IMG/VR virus record: IMGVR_UViG_3300020411_000002
Reading direction: 5' to 3' (one strand)
Origin: a virus
Lineage: Duplodnaviria; Caudoviricetes
DNA length: 64,000 nucleotides
Part shown: one piece after another, positions 44,413 to 53,128 of the stretch
Numbering within the stretch: the stretch's first letter is position 1
Layout: each line of letters opens with the position of its first letter
Notes under the pieces: model-generated
The model's input: only the letters and a program-made list of their open reading frames with translations
What the model was told of the DNA's origin: nothing
Database searches by the model: none
Translations under genes and position numbers: made by a program

Positions 44413-45486
44413 TTACTCCAAAAACAGTTTCAAAGAAGTAGGTTCAATCTTTTGTTTTGCACCTATGTCCGTAGCTTTTTCTACAAACAGTGTTCCAAAA
44501 GAATCATTATCCCCTACAGTCATTGCCAGCAAAGGACAATTACTTTGTGTGCTATAGTCTGCATGTATGTTATACATATCAAAATCAGTACCACTATATC
44601 TATTATAGACACCGTTCCAGTAAGGCAGCATTATACACCAACGAACTGTTTTGGTAGTATCAATATTGACAGGCTCTGCATTGGTATAAAACGTTAGATA
44701 CTTTAATATCCAACCGTAATAACCTGTGTCTCCCGGTACAAGTCGAATCGTCTTAGCAACTACAGGATTAGCGAGAGCAACAAATGATTTATCATTGCCG
44801 CCTGGATACGACACACGTTCCGCTCTGTCCCACTCTTGGGTGTCTTCGTTAAACACATCTAAGTCAAAGTATGAGTTATCGTAACGAGAGCCTGAATGAG
44901 TTTGATGAATACCTACGTGTGAAATAGTCTGCTCCGTTTCAAACTCTACAACAAATGGGTCGTTGTATGCATATCGATTAGGAGATACATAGAACTGACT
45001 TGCACTATTGCCTTCTACATAATCGTCAGGGTCTAAACTCATAGCCAAGAAAGTAGGTACTATAGTTCTAAATCCAGAGAATTGATCTTCTGTGGTTAGC
45101 GTACCTGCTCTTTCTTTTTGCCAGTTTTCCTCGTTCACTACTAAACGTGGGAAAATGCGCCAAACACTATTCGCTTCGTCTAGATAAGGAATGTTGATAA
45201 GGCTAGCCTGGTCAACTGAACCATCACCTCTTACCAGATAAGGGTCTAGTTCGAAAGCACCACTGTCTGAGTGGTACGTTATGTTTGAGTGCGTGTGTGC
45301 GCAACTATTTCTGACTATATCAAAAATGTTCTTGGTATCAAAAGGCGCTTGTGCTAAAGAGCTAGGTGGTTCACTGTCAAAGTAGAAAATCATACCTCGA
45401 CCACCACCGCTTTGCGCTTCTGCTTTTCCTAAGAATATTTCCGACATAGAGTGCATCTGTGCATGTTGATGTTTAAATAAATACAC
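44413..45486 (-). CDS. Array paralogue, long type with a discoidin-like insert
   Basis: FYFDSEPPSSLAQAPFDT; VEFETEQTISHVGI; AKTIRLVP; WILKYLTFY; VRWCIML. Confidence 0.7.
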   Translation of the reverse strand: MYLFKHQHAQMHSMSEIFLGKAEAQSGGGRGMIFYFDSEPPSSLAQAPFDTKNIFDIVRNSCAHTHSNITYHSDSGAFELDPYLVRGDGSVDQASLINIPYLDEANSVWRIFPRLVVNEENWQKERAGTLTTEDQFSGFRTIVPTFLAMSLDPDDYVEGNSASQFYVSPNRYAYNDPFVVEFETEQTISHVGIHQTHSGSRYDNSYFDLDVFNEDTQEWDRAERVSYPGGNDKSFVALANPVVAKTIRLVPGDTGYYGWILKYLTFYTNAEPVNIDTTKTVRWCIMLPYWNGVYNRYSGTDFDMYNIHADYSTQSNCPLLAMTVGDNDSFGTLFVEKATDIGAKQKIEPTSLKLFLE

Positions 45487-45497
45487 AAGTTACCTCT

Positions 45498-46859
45498 TTA
45501 TTCTTTAACTATAAATAAACCATCGCTAGTATAAACCTGGGCTAAGTTACCTGACCTACGATAATCGAAGTAATAATATCGATAGTAGTCCCTAGGTCCT
45601 GCCATCATTAAACTAGTTCCTTCGTCTGCTGAGTAACTGCCGTACCCACTATAGCCGTAAGCATCATGTAATGTCCTACCAAAGTCACGATACCATAAGT
45701 CTAGTTTTTCTCTACTAAATGTACCAGTAGGTCCGTTACCTGCATAGTCTGCTTCTTCCTCTGCAAACCAAGACAGTAAAGCTTGAACCTCATCTTGAGT
45801 AGCCAGACGGTGGTTTGCAAATTCAGGTCTGTCGGTATCTAAAAACTCTTGAATACTCATTTCTCTAGTATGGTAAAGCTTCAACCAAGTTAAGCCTACA
45901 TGCGTAGAGTACTGAGCGTCTGAGAATAGAGTTTCTTTTGGATACAAAGGAGTTTGGACAATGTAGTCAGGCTCAATGCCTTTACGTACAAGCATAACAC
46001 CAGTATCAGATCTAGAATACGTTATGTCTTGGTCGTATCTCCAATCAAAGACACTTCCATTAGACCAGTAACCCCCTCCACCTAATTTCTCACTTTGCTC
46101 TGAGTTAGGTTGATCTCTGGAAAACTCATACCACCAGCCGTATGCAGGTCCACCTAAATATTCTCTTAAAGCGTTATCAATTTCAGTAGGATAACTACGA
46201 GATATAGCAGGAGATCCACAGATAGAGTCAAACAGAGTAGCAGAAGGGTCAACAGATCTAATTATGTTATTTATAAACGTAATAGCTTCGTAGTTGTTAG
46301 CTACTCTCCAACCTGAGAACATTGGGTCATCTTCAACTTCTTGTATACTCTTGCCGTTAGTTTCGCTAAGTTTCAACCACTCTAGACCAGTATAGTGATC
46401 GGCTGTTATTAAAGCGTCACCTCCTCCTATCATGTCTCTGTGTGTAATGCCTTCATCAAGTTCTACGTTAGTCGAGGGCTCTTCAATAGTTAAAAGATAT
46501 TGATGATCAGTTAACGTATAAGGACTATCTACCTCGAACAAAGCAAATAAAACATCAAGTCCGCTGCTTTTAAAATTTAGACTGCAAGAATCTAAGTCAA
46601 CTGTAGCAGGAATACTTAAAGTGAAAACAGGTTCAGCATACAAGTAATATTTAGAACTGTCTGTTAAGTCACTAGGTATAGAACCTGATATAGTTTTAGG
46701 TTTAAATATTTGAGATACATCAGACTCTTTTACCAATATGTTATCGAATGTACCTTTTTCAGTAGTTACTTTTATGTCTATTTTGGCAGGATACGGGTAT
46801 ATCCTGCCTGGGTCTCCAAACGCACTATAAATAGTGTCTACGGAAAGTAGCTTACTCAT
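45498..46859 (-). CDS. Protein with two tandem Lcl/DUF1566-like (C-type-lectin-fold-like) repeats
   Basis: TGLEWLKLSET..KSIQE...GWRVAN..E and VGLTWLKLYHT..MSIQE...HRLAT..EV. Confidence 0.55.
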   Translation of the reverse strand: MSKLLSVDTIYSAFGDPGRIYPYPAKIDIKVTTEKGTFDNILVKESDVSQIFKPKTISGSIPSDLTDSSKYYLYAEPVFTLSIPATVDLDSCSLNFKSSGLDVLFALFEVDSPYTLTDHQYLLTIEEPSTNVELDEGITHRDMIGGGDALITADHYTGLEWLKLSETNGKSIQEVEDDPMFSGWRVANNYEAITFINNIIRSVDPSATLFDSICGSPAISRSYPTEIDNALREYLGGPAYGWWYEFSRDQPNSEQSEKLGGGGYWSNGSVFDWRYDQDITYSRSDTGVMLVRKGIEPDYIVQTPLYPKETLFSDAQYSTHVGLTWLKLYHTREMSIQEFLDTDRPEFANHRLATQDEVQALLSWFAEEEADYAGNGPTGTFSREKLDLWYRDFGRTLHDAYGYSGYGSYSADEGTSLMMAGPRDYYRYYYFDYRRSGNLAQVYTSDGLFIVKE

Positions 46860-47396
46860 TTACATCACCAATAAATCACCTACGTCAATACTTAGACTGG
46901 ATGGGAAAATTAAGTCTTGGTCTGTAAGATTTAATTTAACTAGCTGCATATCTCCGCCTTCACCCATAAGACTTACTGCACCTGTGAATGCATAGTGCTG
47001 ATTATCAAGAGAAGCCGACATTGACCGTATAGCAAACCAACTAGCAGTACCAGAATTAAACTGATTTTGTGCGTGTGCGTCTTTGGTGTAATCAGCTCGG
47101 TCTCGTTGATTAAACTTAAAAGATACCACGTTATCTTCGATAGAGATATTTTTAGAAAAATCGTTTAAGACAAAACGGCGAATTATATCCATACTTCTAT
47201 TAGAAGTGAAGGCATCCCACTTAGAAGGGTCAATCCATCCAGTTCCATCTGGTAGGTAAATGTTTGAAAGTTCTAATTCAGATTTAGTAGGAAGAGTACC
47301 AGCATAAATATCTAGTATCATTGAGTGACCTAAGTCCTGACCAAATCTATTTTGCAAAGAGAAATTTAATATATCACTAGTTGCAAGAATAGTCAT
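46860..47396 (-). CDS. Array paralogue, short type
   Basis: LDIYAGTLPTKSEL, GTASWFAI, GAVS..GEGGDMQL. Confidence 0.75.
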   Translation of the reverse strand: MTILATSDILNFSLQNRFGQDLGHSMILDIYAGTLPTKSELELSNIYLPDGTGWIDPSKWDAFTSNRSMDIIRRFVLNDFSKNISIEDNVVSFKFNQRDRADYTKDAHAQNQFNSGTASWFAIRSMSASLDNQHYAFTGAVSLMGEGGDMQLVKLNLTDQDLIFPSSLSIDVGDLLVM

Positions 47397-47938
47397 TACG
47401 CAATCCTACCATTGATAGAGAAGTTTAAAGTAATATCACTGAGCTTGAAAGGTATAGAAGGGTCAAGCTCAACATTAGACAGTTCCATATCAGCACCAGA
47501 GCCTACAGCACCAATACTTCCAGCAACGGCCCAATAACTAGTGGTGTTCTGAAACATTGCTGATGCAGCACCGTATTGGATAAAGAACCAACCTGCTGTA
47601 CCGGCTACATCCGGGTTGAAACGCTCACTACGTTTAGAAAAATACATACGAACTTTCTCAGGCTCTAGATGCTCTTGATACACGAAGTTGATATAAGAAC
47701 CAGTTAAAAGAACTGTATTTCCAGAACCGAGTGCTTCCATGTTGGTACGAAAGGATGCATTGAAATAAGGCCAACCGTGCGCATGATAACTATCTACACA
47801 GCCAAGTAAGTCTTCTTTACTTGGCAGAGAGCCTTGCATAATAGCAAAAGTTATTTCATCGTTTCTATTAGTACTATCTGCGAACATTGTTTTCAACAAA
47901 GAAGATTTGAATGAGTTATTAGGTATAATTTTAGGCAT
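47396..47938 (-). CDS. Array paralogue, short type
   Basis: FAIMQGSLPSKEDL, GTAGWFFI, GSIGAVGSGADMELSN. Confidence 0.75.
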   Translation of the reverse strand: MPKIIPNNSFKSSLLKTMFADSTNRNDEITFAIMQGSLPSKEDLLGCVDSYHAHGWPYFNASFRTNMEALGSGNTVLLTGSYINFVYQEHLEPEKVRMYFSKRSERFNPDVAGTAGWFFIQYGAASAMFQNTTSYWAVAGSIGAVGSGADMELSNVELDPSIPFKLSDITLNFSINGRIA

Positions 47939-47948
47939 TGCTGTTACC

Positions 47949-49184
47949 TCAAGCGTCTGTAAAGTCTAAAATGAAATTGGCAAGTTCAGGCACTTGACCC
48001 GGTTTAATGTTACGTGCTTTGGTTAGAGTTACCGCAGCATCTTTGTTCGGTCCGTCTACATCTACGAGAAGTAAAGGAATTGGAAGTTTGCTTACTTCTG
48101 GACTTTCAACAAGATTTTGGTCAGTGAACCAAGCTTCTTTTACGTCATCAGAGGCATAGTAATCACGATACATAAAGTCATCAAAAGAGAAAGCTCTATC
48201 GTGATAAGGAAGAATAAGGCCCCAAGTTATATCAGTATCAACAGGCATTGTAGGAGGAGGAGTAGAACTTAACAGTCTTACGTATCCAAAGTTCATATCG
48301 TAATAACCCGAATCGTTAAAAGTAAGTCTAAACGCTTTACCCGTTACAATAGTTTCAAGCTCAATGTACTGAGCTTTACTGTCAACACCGTTTTCTTCAA
48401 GGTCAACACGTTGAGTACTAGTCCAATCTCCATTTCCATCATTTAAGGTCTCGTCCCAAACTTCAACGTCTACCTGAGAACTTGAGTATCTGTTATCTGA
48501 GAAATCGCCTCTGTAGTATTCTAAGGCGTCTACTTCAATAGCTTCATCAAATTCTAGTATTAAAGGATAATCTTGGGCACCGCGTGGACTGTATCTGCTA
48601 TAGTAACTGTAATCTCTACCGTTAGTAGCGTTACTGTCCTGCGGCTGATCTGAGCGATTACGGTCGCGGAAACGATTTAGATTCCAGTAATAACGCATAC
48701 CTAGCATTATATAGTTGTACCTGAACTCGGTATGAATCATAGAGCTGTGGTTATACTCTACACGTTGAGCAGGCGAAGAAGAAGTGGTTAAGTTTTTAGA
48801 TCTAATGTTGTCTAAAGTACCTGACTTCCAATCCTTCCATGCTTCTTCACGCAACATTACGCGTGGATAAAAAGACCACTTGTTGTAGTTCAAATCCAAG
48901 TAAGGTTGCTTGGGCGTAAGATACGTTCTAGTATGACCAGCCATAAACGAATCAGACGTAGGTTCTGTTTCTAGTTTATTCATAGTCATTGAGATACCAA
49001 CTTCTGCTTGCGCATACATTTCTAACAAATCACTTTGGTCGAAAGGCAAAGAGTCTAAGTCAGTAGGAACAGGGCCTTTAAAACCAAGAAAGAATAAATC
49101 ACATGCGTATAATCCTCTATTGTCATTAAGACCTGAATAGCAAAAGCTGTGTGCAAAAGTAATTGAAGGTTTAAGTGTATACAT
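47949..49184 (-). CDS. Array paralogue, long type with a discoidin-like insert
   Basis: GFKGPVPTDLDSLPFDQ; LEFDEAIEVDALE; WDETLNDGNGDW; GKAFRL; ITWGLIL. Confidence 0.7.
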   Translation of the reverse strand: MYTLKPSITFAHSFCYSGLNDNRGLYACDLFFLGFKGPVPTDLDSLPFDQSDLLEMYAQAEVGISMTMNKLETEPTSDSFMAGHTRTYLTPKQPYLDLNYNKWSFYPRVMLREEAWKDWKSGTLDNIRSKNLTTSSSPAQRVEYNHSSMIHTEFRYNYIMLGMRYYWNLNRFRDRNRSDQPQDSNATNGRDYSYYSRYSPRGAQDYPLILEFDEAIEVDALEYYRGDFSDNRYSSSQVDVEVWDETLNDGNGDWTSTQRVDLEENGVDSKAQYIELETIVTGKAFRLTFNDSGYYDMNFGYVRLLSSTPPPTMPVDTDITWGLILPYHDRAFSFDDFMYRDYYASDDVKEAWFTDQNLVESPEVSKLPIPLLLVDVDGPNKDAAVTLTKARNIKPGQVPELANFILDFTDA

Positions 49185-50311
49185 TATTCACTTCCCAAAA
49201 GCTTCAAGTTAAAATCTAAAATCTGAACCTCACTTAGTGCTTCCAGACCTCGGCTCTTGTTTAAGGTAACTGCACAACCATCACCAGATTCTCCTACGTC
49301 TAAGAATAGAAAAGGATAGCCTTCACGATTCCATAGAGTAGATTCTGTTTCAAAAGAGCCGTATCTAATATTGGGAGAGTCATAGATGTTGGTGGCGTTT
49401 GTATAAGAAAGAGCAGCCCATGTAATATCTACAGGTCCAGTACCGTAAGTAGGTTCTGTACTTGAACATAGGTGGATAAAGAGCAAATACGGGTGATACC
49501 CGCCTGTGTCGGACATGCGTAACTTGAATTTCTTTGCAGTGTAAGACTGAGAAAAAGAAACCAACTGCGCCTGTGATGTACCTTTAGTTACAGATAGTCT
49601 TTCCATATCTACCCAAACTTCATCTACTTCGTTCCAATATTGGAAGTCGTAGTGCTCACTTGCGTAAGCGGTCCCTGTAGAACCTAAAGCCAAGAACATA
49701 CTATCTACAGTAACAGCCTGGTCATACGTAAATACCATTGGGAATCTATAAGGGTATCTAGATAACTTGGTGTTAAAGTTATCAGTCTTGTACCAGCGTT
49801 GTCTAGGAGAGTAACGCAATACATCAAGATTGTACGCATCCCGCATTTCATTCATTTCCCAAACTAGGCTTCGAGAAAGACCGTCAGTGCCTTCGCCTTG
49901 TAGGTCTCCAGGCTCTACGTTCTCTAACCACTTAGCTGTGCCTTCATGAGTTCTAGAAAGCGTTAGCAAAGAGTGTGAAAGAATCCACTTTTGCATTGCA
50001 GGTACAAACTTGTGACGTTTAACCGTTATCCAGTTTTCCACATTACTGTAATTGAATTGAGAAACACCGGGTTTATCTAAAATAGGATCGCCGTTAAGCT
50101 GACTCATTGCTATGCTGTTTCGAGAGAACTCAGCAAAGTTAGTCTGCATTTCTATTGGAACGTCTTGTACTGAGTTTGGCACATCACCTGTAAAGAAGTA
50201 CAGTACAGTGTTATGATTGTAGTTCGATACGTAGTTTGCAAAGTTATTGGTAAAACTATGACCTAAAGCCATTTGTGAAATTAAGCTATACATGTTAGTC
50301 CTTAAATACAA
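49184..50311 (-). CDS. Array paralogue, long type with a discoidin-like insert
   Basis: YFFTGDVPNSVQDVPIE; FTYDQAVTVDSM; AKKFKL; ITWAAL. Confidence 0.7.
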   Translation of the reverse strand: MYLRTNMYSLISQMALGHSFTNNFANYVSNYNHNTVLYFFTGDVPNSVQDVPIEMQTNFAEFSRNSIAMSQLNGDPILDKPGVSQFNYSNVENWITVKRHKFVPAMQKWILSHSLLTLSRTHEGTAKWLENVEPGDLQGEGTDGLSRSLVWEMNEMRDAYNLDVLRYSPRQRWYKTDNFNTKLSRYPYRFPMVFTYDQAVTVDSMFLALGSTGTAYASEHYDFQYWNEVDEVWVDMERLSVTKGTSQAQLVSFSQSYTAKKFKLRMSDTGGYHPYLLFIHLCSSTEPTYGTGPVDITWAALSYTNATNIYDSPNIRYGSFETESTLWNREGYPFLFLDVGESGDGCAVTLNKSRGLEALSEVQILDFNLKLLGSE

Positions 50312-51659
50312 GATTGAACTTTACTAACCCAGGCGTTTGTCCTGTAATTAGGCTCAGATTGTCTACTTCGATACTATCAGTTTCTGTAGTACCTACATCA
50401 CACAATATATAAGGAGTGAAGCCTCTAGAAGCTGTTAGAATTCTATCTTGTTGAGTTTCGAAATCCTCTGTAGGAATAATCATTGCCCACTGTATAGTCT
50501 CTAAAGACTCTGACGTATAGATAGGTTCAGCTTTAGAATAAGCAGACATGTGATTAATCGACCAATGTGGATCTCCACTGTATATGACAGTCTGTTTCAT
50601 TAGGCCATCAATGCATACAATTCTAACAAAGCTTTCTACCATTACTGGATCTATCTCTTTGCTAATGAAGCCTTCACCAGAAATAGAGTAAGTGTTACCT
50701 ATATCCCAAGTGTTACTTTCTGTATTCCATACGTCTACTCTAAAAGTTTCGCATGATGTGCTGTAAAGAGAGTTACCGCTCCAATGGGCTTGCTTTTGTC
50801 GAGAGTCAATTAAACGCTGGCGTAAAGATATAGCGCTCAGTATGATAGGCACTTCTGTTTCTGGAATATCATGTTTCTTGAAAGAAGTAAAATCTTCAAT
50901 AGTACCTGCATCGACCCAATATCCATTGTTATAAATATCGTCGTTTTTAAGTACATATATAGAAACGATTTCAGTACCACCAGCAACTAAATCAACTGCG
51001 TAATCTAATACAGAAACTACATTGCCTAATTCGTCGGCACTAGCAGTCTCTTGCTCAAAAGAATACGTTGACTGGTACGTACCTGAATCCAATGTGCTTA
51101 AATGGTGTTCGAATACAGTATCTAATAAAGACTGTTCTGACATTGTAGGTACGTAGTAATAAAGACGAGAGTTAAACAGTTGCTTAGTTCCAGAGAAGTC
51201 TAGTACTACACTGCTGTCTTCTCTACCTACACGTAAGAAGGCAGAATCTGCGATAGAGTTTTTGAATCCGTAGTCATATTCCACCTGGGCCCAAGTAGAT
51301 ATTGCACTTGTAAAAACAGGCATATCGTTATTTAGAATCTCGGTAGTGTAGAAGTTCTTGTACGGAACTTTTGAAAAGTTTTCTTGTGTAAGTCCTTCAC
51401 CTGTTTCTGGTATTGACTCTATCGTATTAGATAGAGATACACTGACAGTGGACTCGCCGGGCAAGCTCTGTGTTTGAAAATCGTTTAATCCAATAGCCCA
51501 ACTATGAACATGTTGAGAAATATCAACAATATCCAAAGGATTAAAAGGGAGCGATTGTAAGTCAGAAGGCATTTGTGACGCAAAGAAAAATACTTGATAC
51601 TTCAAGCCTACTTCGCTCATGCCTTCTGACATTATGTTTGAAATATTAATACCTTGCAT
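50295..51659 (-). CDS. Array paralogue, long type (largest insert)
   Basis: FFFASQMPSDLQSLPFNP; VWNTESNTW; SFVRIV; WSINHMSAYS; IQWAMII. Confidence 0.7.
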   Translation of the reverse strand: MQGINISNIMSEGMSEVGLKYQVFFFASQMPSDLQSLPFNPLDIVDISQHVHSWAIGLNDFQTQSLPGESTVSVSLSNTIESIPETGEGLTQENFSKVPYKNFYTTEILNNDMPVFTSAISTWAQVEYDYGFKNSIADSAFLRVGREDSSVVLDFSGTKQLFNSRLYYYVPTMSEQSLLDTVFEHHLSTLDSGTYQSTYSFEQETASADELGNVVSVLDYAVDLVAGGTEIVSIYVLKNDDIYNNGYWVDAGTIEDFTSFKKHDIPETEVPIILSAISLRQRLIDSRQKQAHWSGNSLYSTSCETFRVDVWNTESNTWDIGNTYSISGEGFISKEIDPVMVESFVRIVCIDGLMKQTVIYSGDPHWSINHMSAYSKAEPIYTSESLETIQWAMIIPTEDFETQQDRILTASRGFTPYILCDVGTTETDSIEVDNLSLITGQTPGLVKFNLVFKD

Positions 51660-51667
51660 GTTATTTC

Positions 51668-52654
51668 CTAAGTATTAAAACGTATAGATGTTCCTATAAC
51701 TTCTGGATACTGATTTTCGTCAGGTTGCACATCTAAAGCAGAAATGTCCGCGACTATTATAGGTTTATCAATAAGTGCCGAAGCTAAGTTTTCTAATGCG
51801 CTGTCTAATCTAGGGACTATCAAAAGCCAATCAGCACTTGGAAAGCTATCAACAGGTTCGTCTGTTAGCGCTGTAAGATACTTAACGTTCCATTGAGGGT
51901 TTCCAAAAGTTCTATGACCTGGGTGGTTTCCCCAACTGCCGTCCCTGCTAACTATCTTAATAGCGCGAGTCTGTACTGGTGTATCTAAAGTTATTACATT
52001 TCCATTAGTGCCTAGATTTTCATATCTCTGCACTAGAACGAAACCTCCAGCACCTTCATTTTCATCATCAGACCAGTAATAAAAATCAACAGACGTAGCG
52101 TAAGCATACGCTCTATATCTAGCACCACCATATCGGTACTCTATAGAATTCTGATCAAAAGAAAACCCTGTTACGTTACGAACTTTATCGAATACTGCAA
52201 ATAAAGGTACGCCTGATCTACCTATACTAAATCCATTAAATCCATTGTTGGCTGTATTTTCTCTATAGAATAAAGAGTTGACCGAAATTTCAGTGCGAAA
52301 GCGTTCTGGATAAGAATCAAAGCTTATCTGATCCTCGTCAAAAGTTTTCCACCCTATATAGAAAGGACTGATTTCGTTATGCCCTTCTACAACACTAGGT
52401 CGAATTCCTATAGGTCTCATTCTCCACTGAGTTTTTGGACTAGACAAAAAATCAATAAATCCTAATGGCTTAGAATCTATGCTACCGTATAGATTATAGT
52501 AAACGGAATTTTCTATAAGAGATATGTAGTTCAAGTCGAATGGTATAGCATCTAAGCTTTGCGGCATAGTGCCTTGAAAAAAGAAAGCATCGAACCAATC
52601 GTAGTCGATAGAAAATCCAAATGCCGCTAATTTGTTTAAGTTAATTCCTTGCAT
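51668..52654 (-). CDS. Array paralogue, long type with a discoidin-like insert
   Basis: FFFQGTMPQSLDAIPFDL; AVFDKVRNVTGF; TRAIKI; WNVKYLTAL; ADWLLIV. Confidence 0.7.
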   Translation of the reverse strand: MQGINLNKLAAFGFSIDYDWFDAFFFQGTMPQSLDAIPFDLNYISLIENSVYYNLYGSIDSKPLGFIDFLSSPKTQWRMRPIGIRPSVVEGHNEISPFYIGWKTFDEDQISFDSYPERFRTEISVNSLFYRENTANNGFNGFSIGRSGVPLFAVFDKVRNVTGFSFDQNSIEYRYGGARYRAYAYATSVDFYYWSDDENEGAGGFVLVQRYENLGTNGNVITLDTPVQTRAIKIVSRDGSWGNHPGHRTFGNPQWNVKYLTALTDEPVDSFPSADWLLIVPRLDSALENLASALIDKPIIVADISALDVQPDENQYPEVIGTSIRFNT

Positions 52655-52665
52655 AATCCTCGCCT

Positions 52666-52704
52666 AAAAACGCGGAAAGGGAGGGACCGTAGTCTTACTC
52701 CCTT
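52666..52704 (-). terminator. Possible terminator/attenuator upstream of the array
   Basis: Minus strand AAGGGAG..GAC-TACG-GTC.CTCCCTT (UNCG-type tetraloop), with a T5 tract a few nt downstream. Confidence 0.45.
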
Positions 52705-52711
52705 AACAGGT

Positions 52712-53128
52712 TTATTCTCTGATTACTGCAAATACTGCTTTACCATCGATAGGTGTAGTGTTGAAAGTAATCTCTACAGTGTTTTCGTCAACTGTAGTAA
52801 TATCGTCAGGAACGATAACTTTGCCCGCACTATCAAATACCGTTACCAAGTACGCTACGCTATTCATGTTGTGAACAATATTCCACGTAGTAGCAGCTTC
52901 GCTTTGAGCATGAACATAGTTATCGGTGTTACCTGCAACATCGTCTAGTAGCACTGCTTGAAGTGTACCAGAAATGTTCATTAGTATTTCACCTTCTTTA
53001 AGCTCAATACCAGTAAGCTGACGAGGACCTGCACCTTGTCGAACAATAACAGAGTTAGCTGGAACATCACTAGGCAAGTACGGTCGCAAAGGAAGTTCTG
53101 TCTGAATGAAATCAGTAAAAGCACTCAT
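52712..53128 (-). CDS. Putative virion structural protein
   Basis: YVHAQSEAATTWNIVHNMN...VTVFD..G..IVPD.I...DENTV.ITF, a motif common in phage virion proteins. Confidence 0.55.
   Translation of the reverse strand: MSAFTDFIQTELPLRPYLPSDVPANSVIVRQGAGPRQLTGIELKEGEILMNISGTLQAVLLDDVAGNTDNYVHAQSEAATTWNIVHNMNSVAYLVTVFDSAGKVIVPDDITTVDENTVEITFNTTPIDGKAVFAVIRE

Noticed and set aside
37810-52654. A diversity-generating retroelement or shufflon driving the array
   Set aside because: No reverse transcriptase, recombinase, adenine-mismatched template/variable pair or inverted crossover sites were seen in this window.
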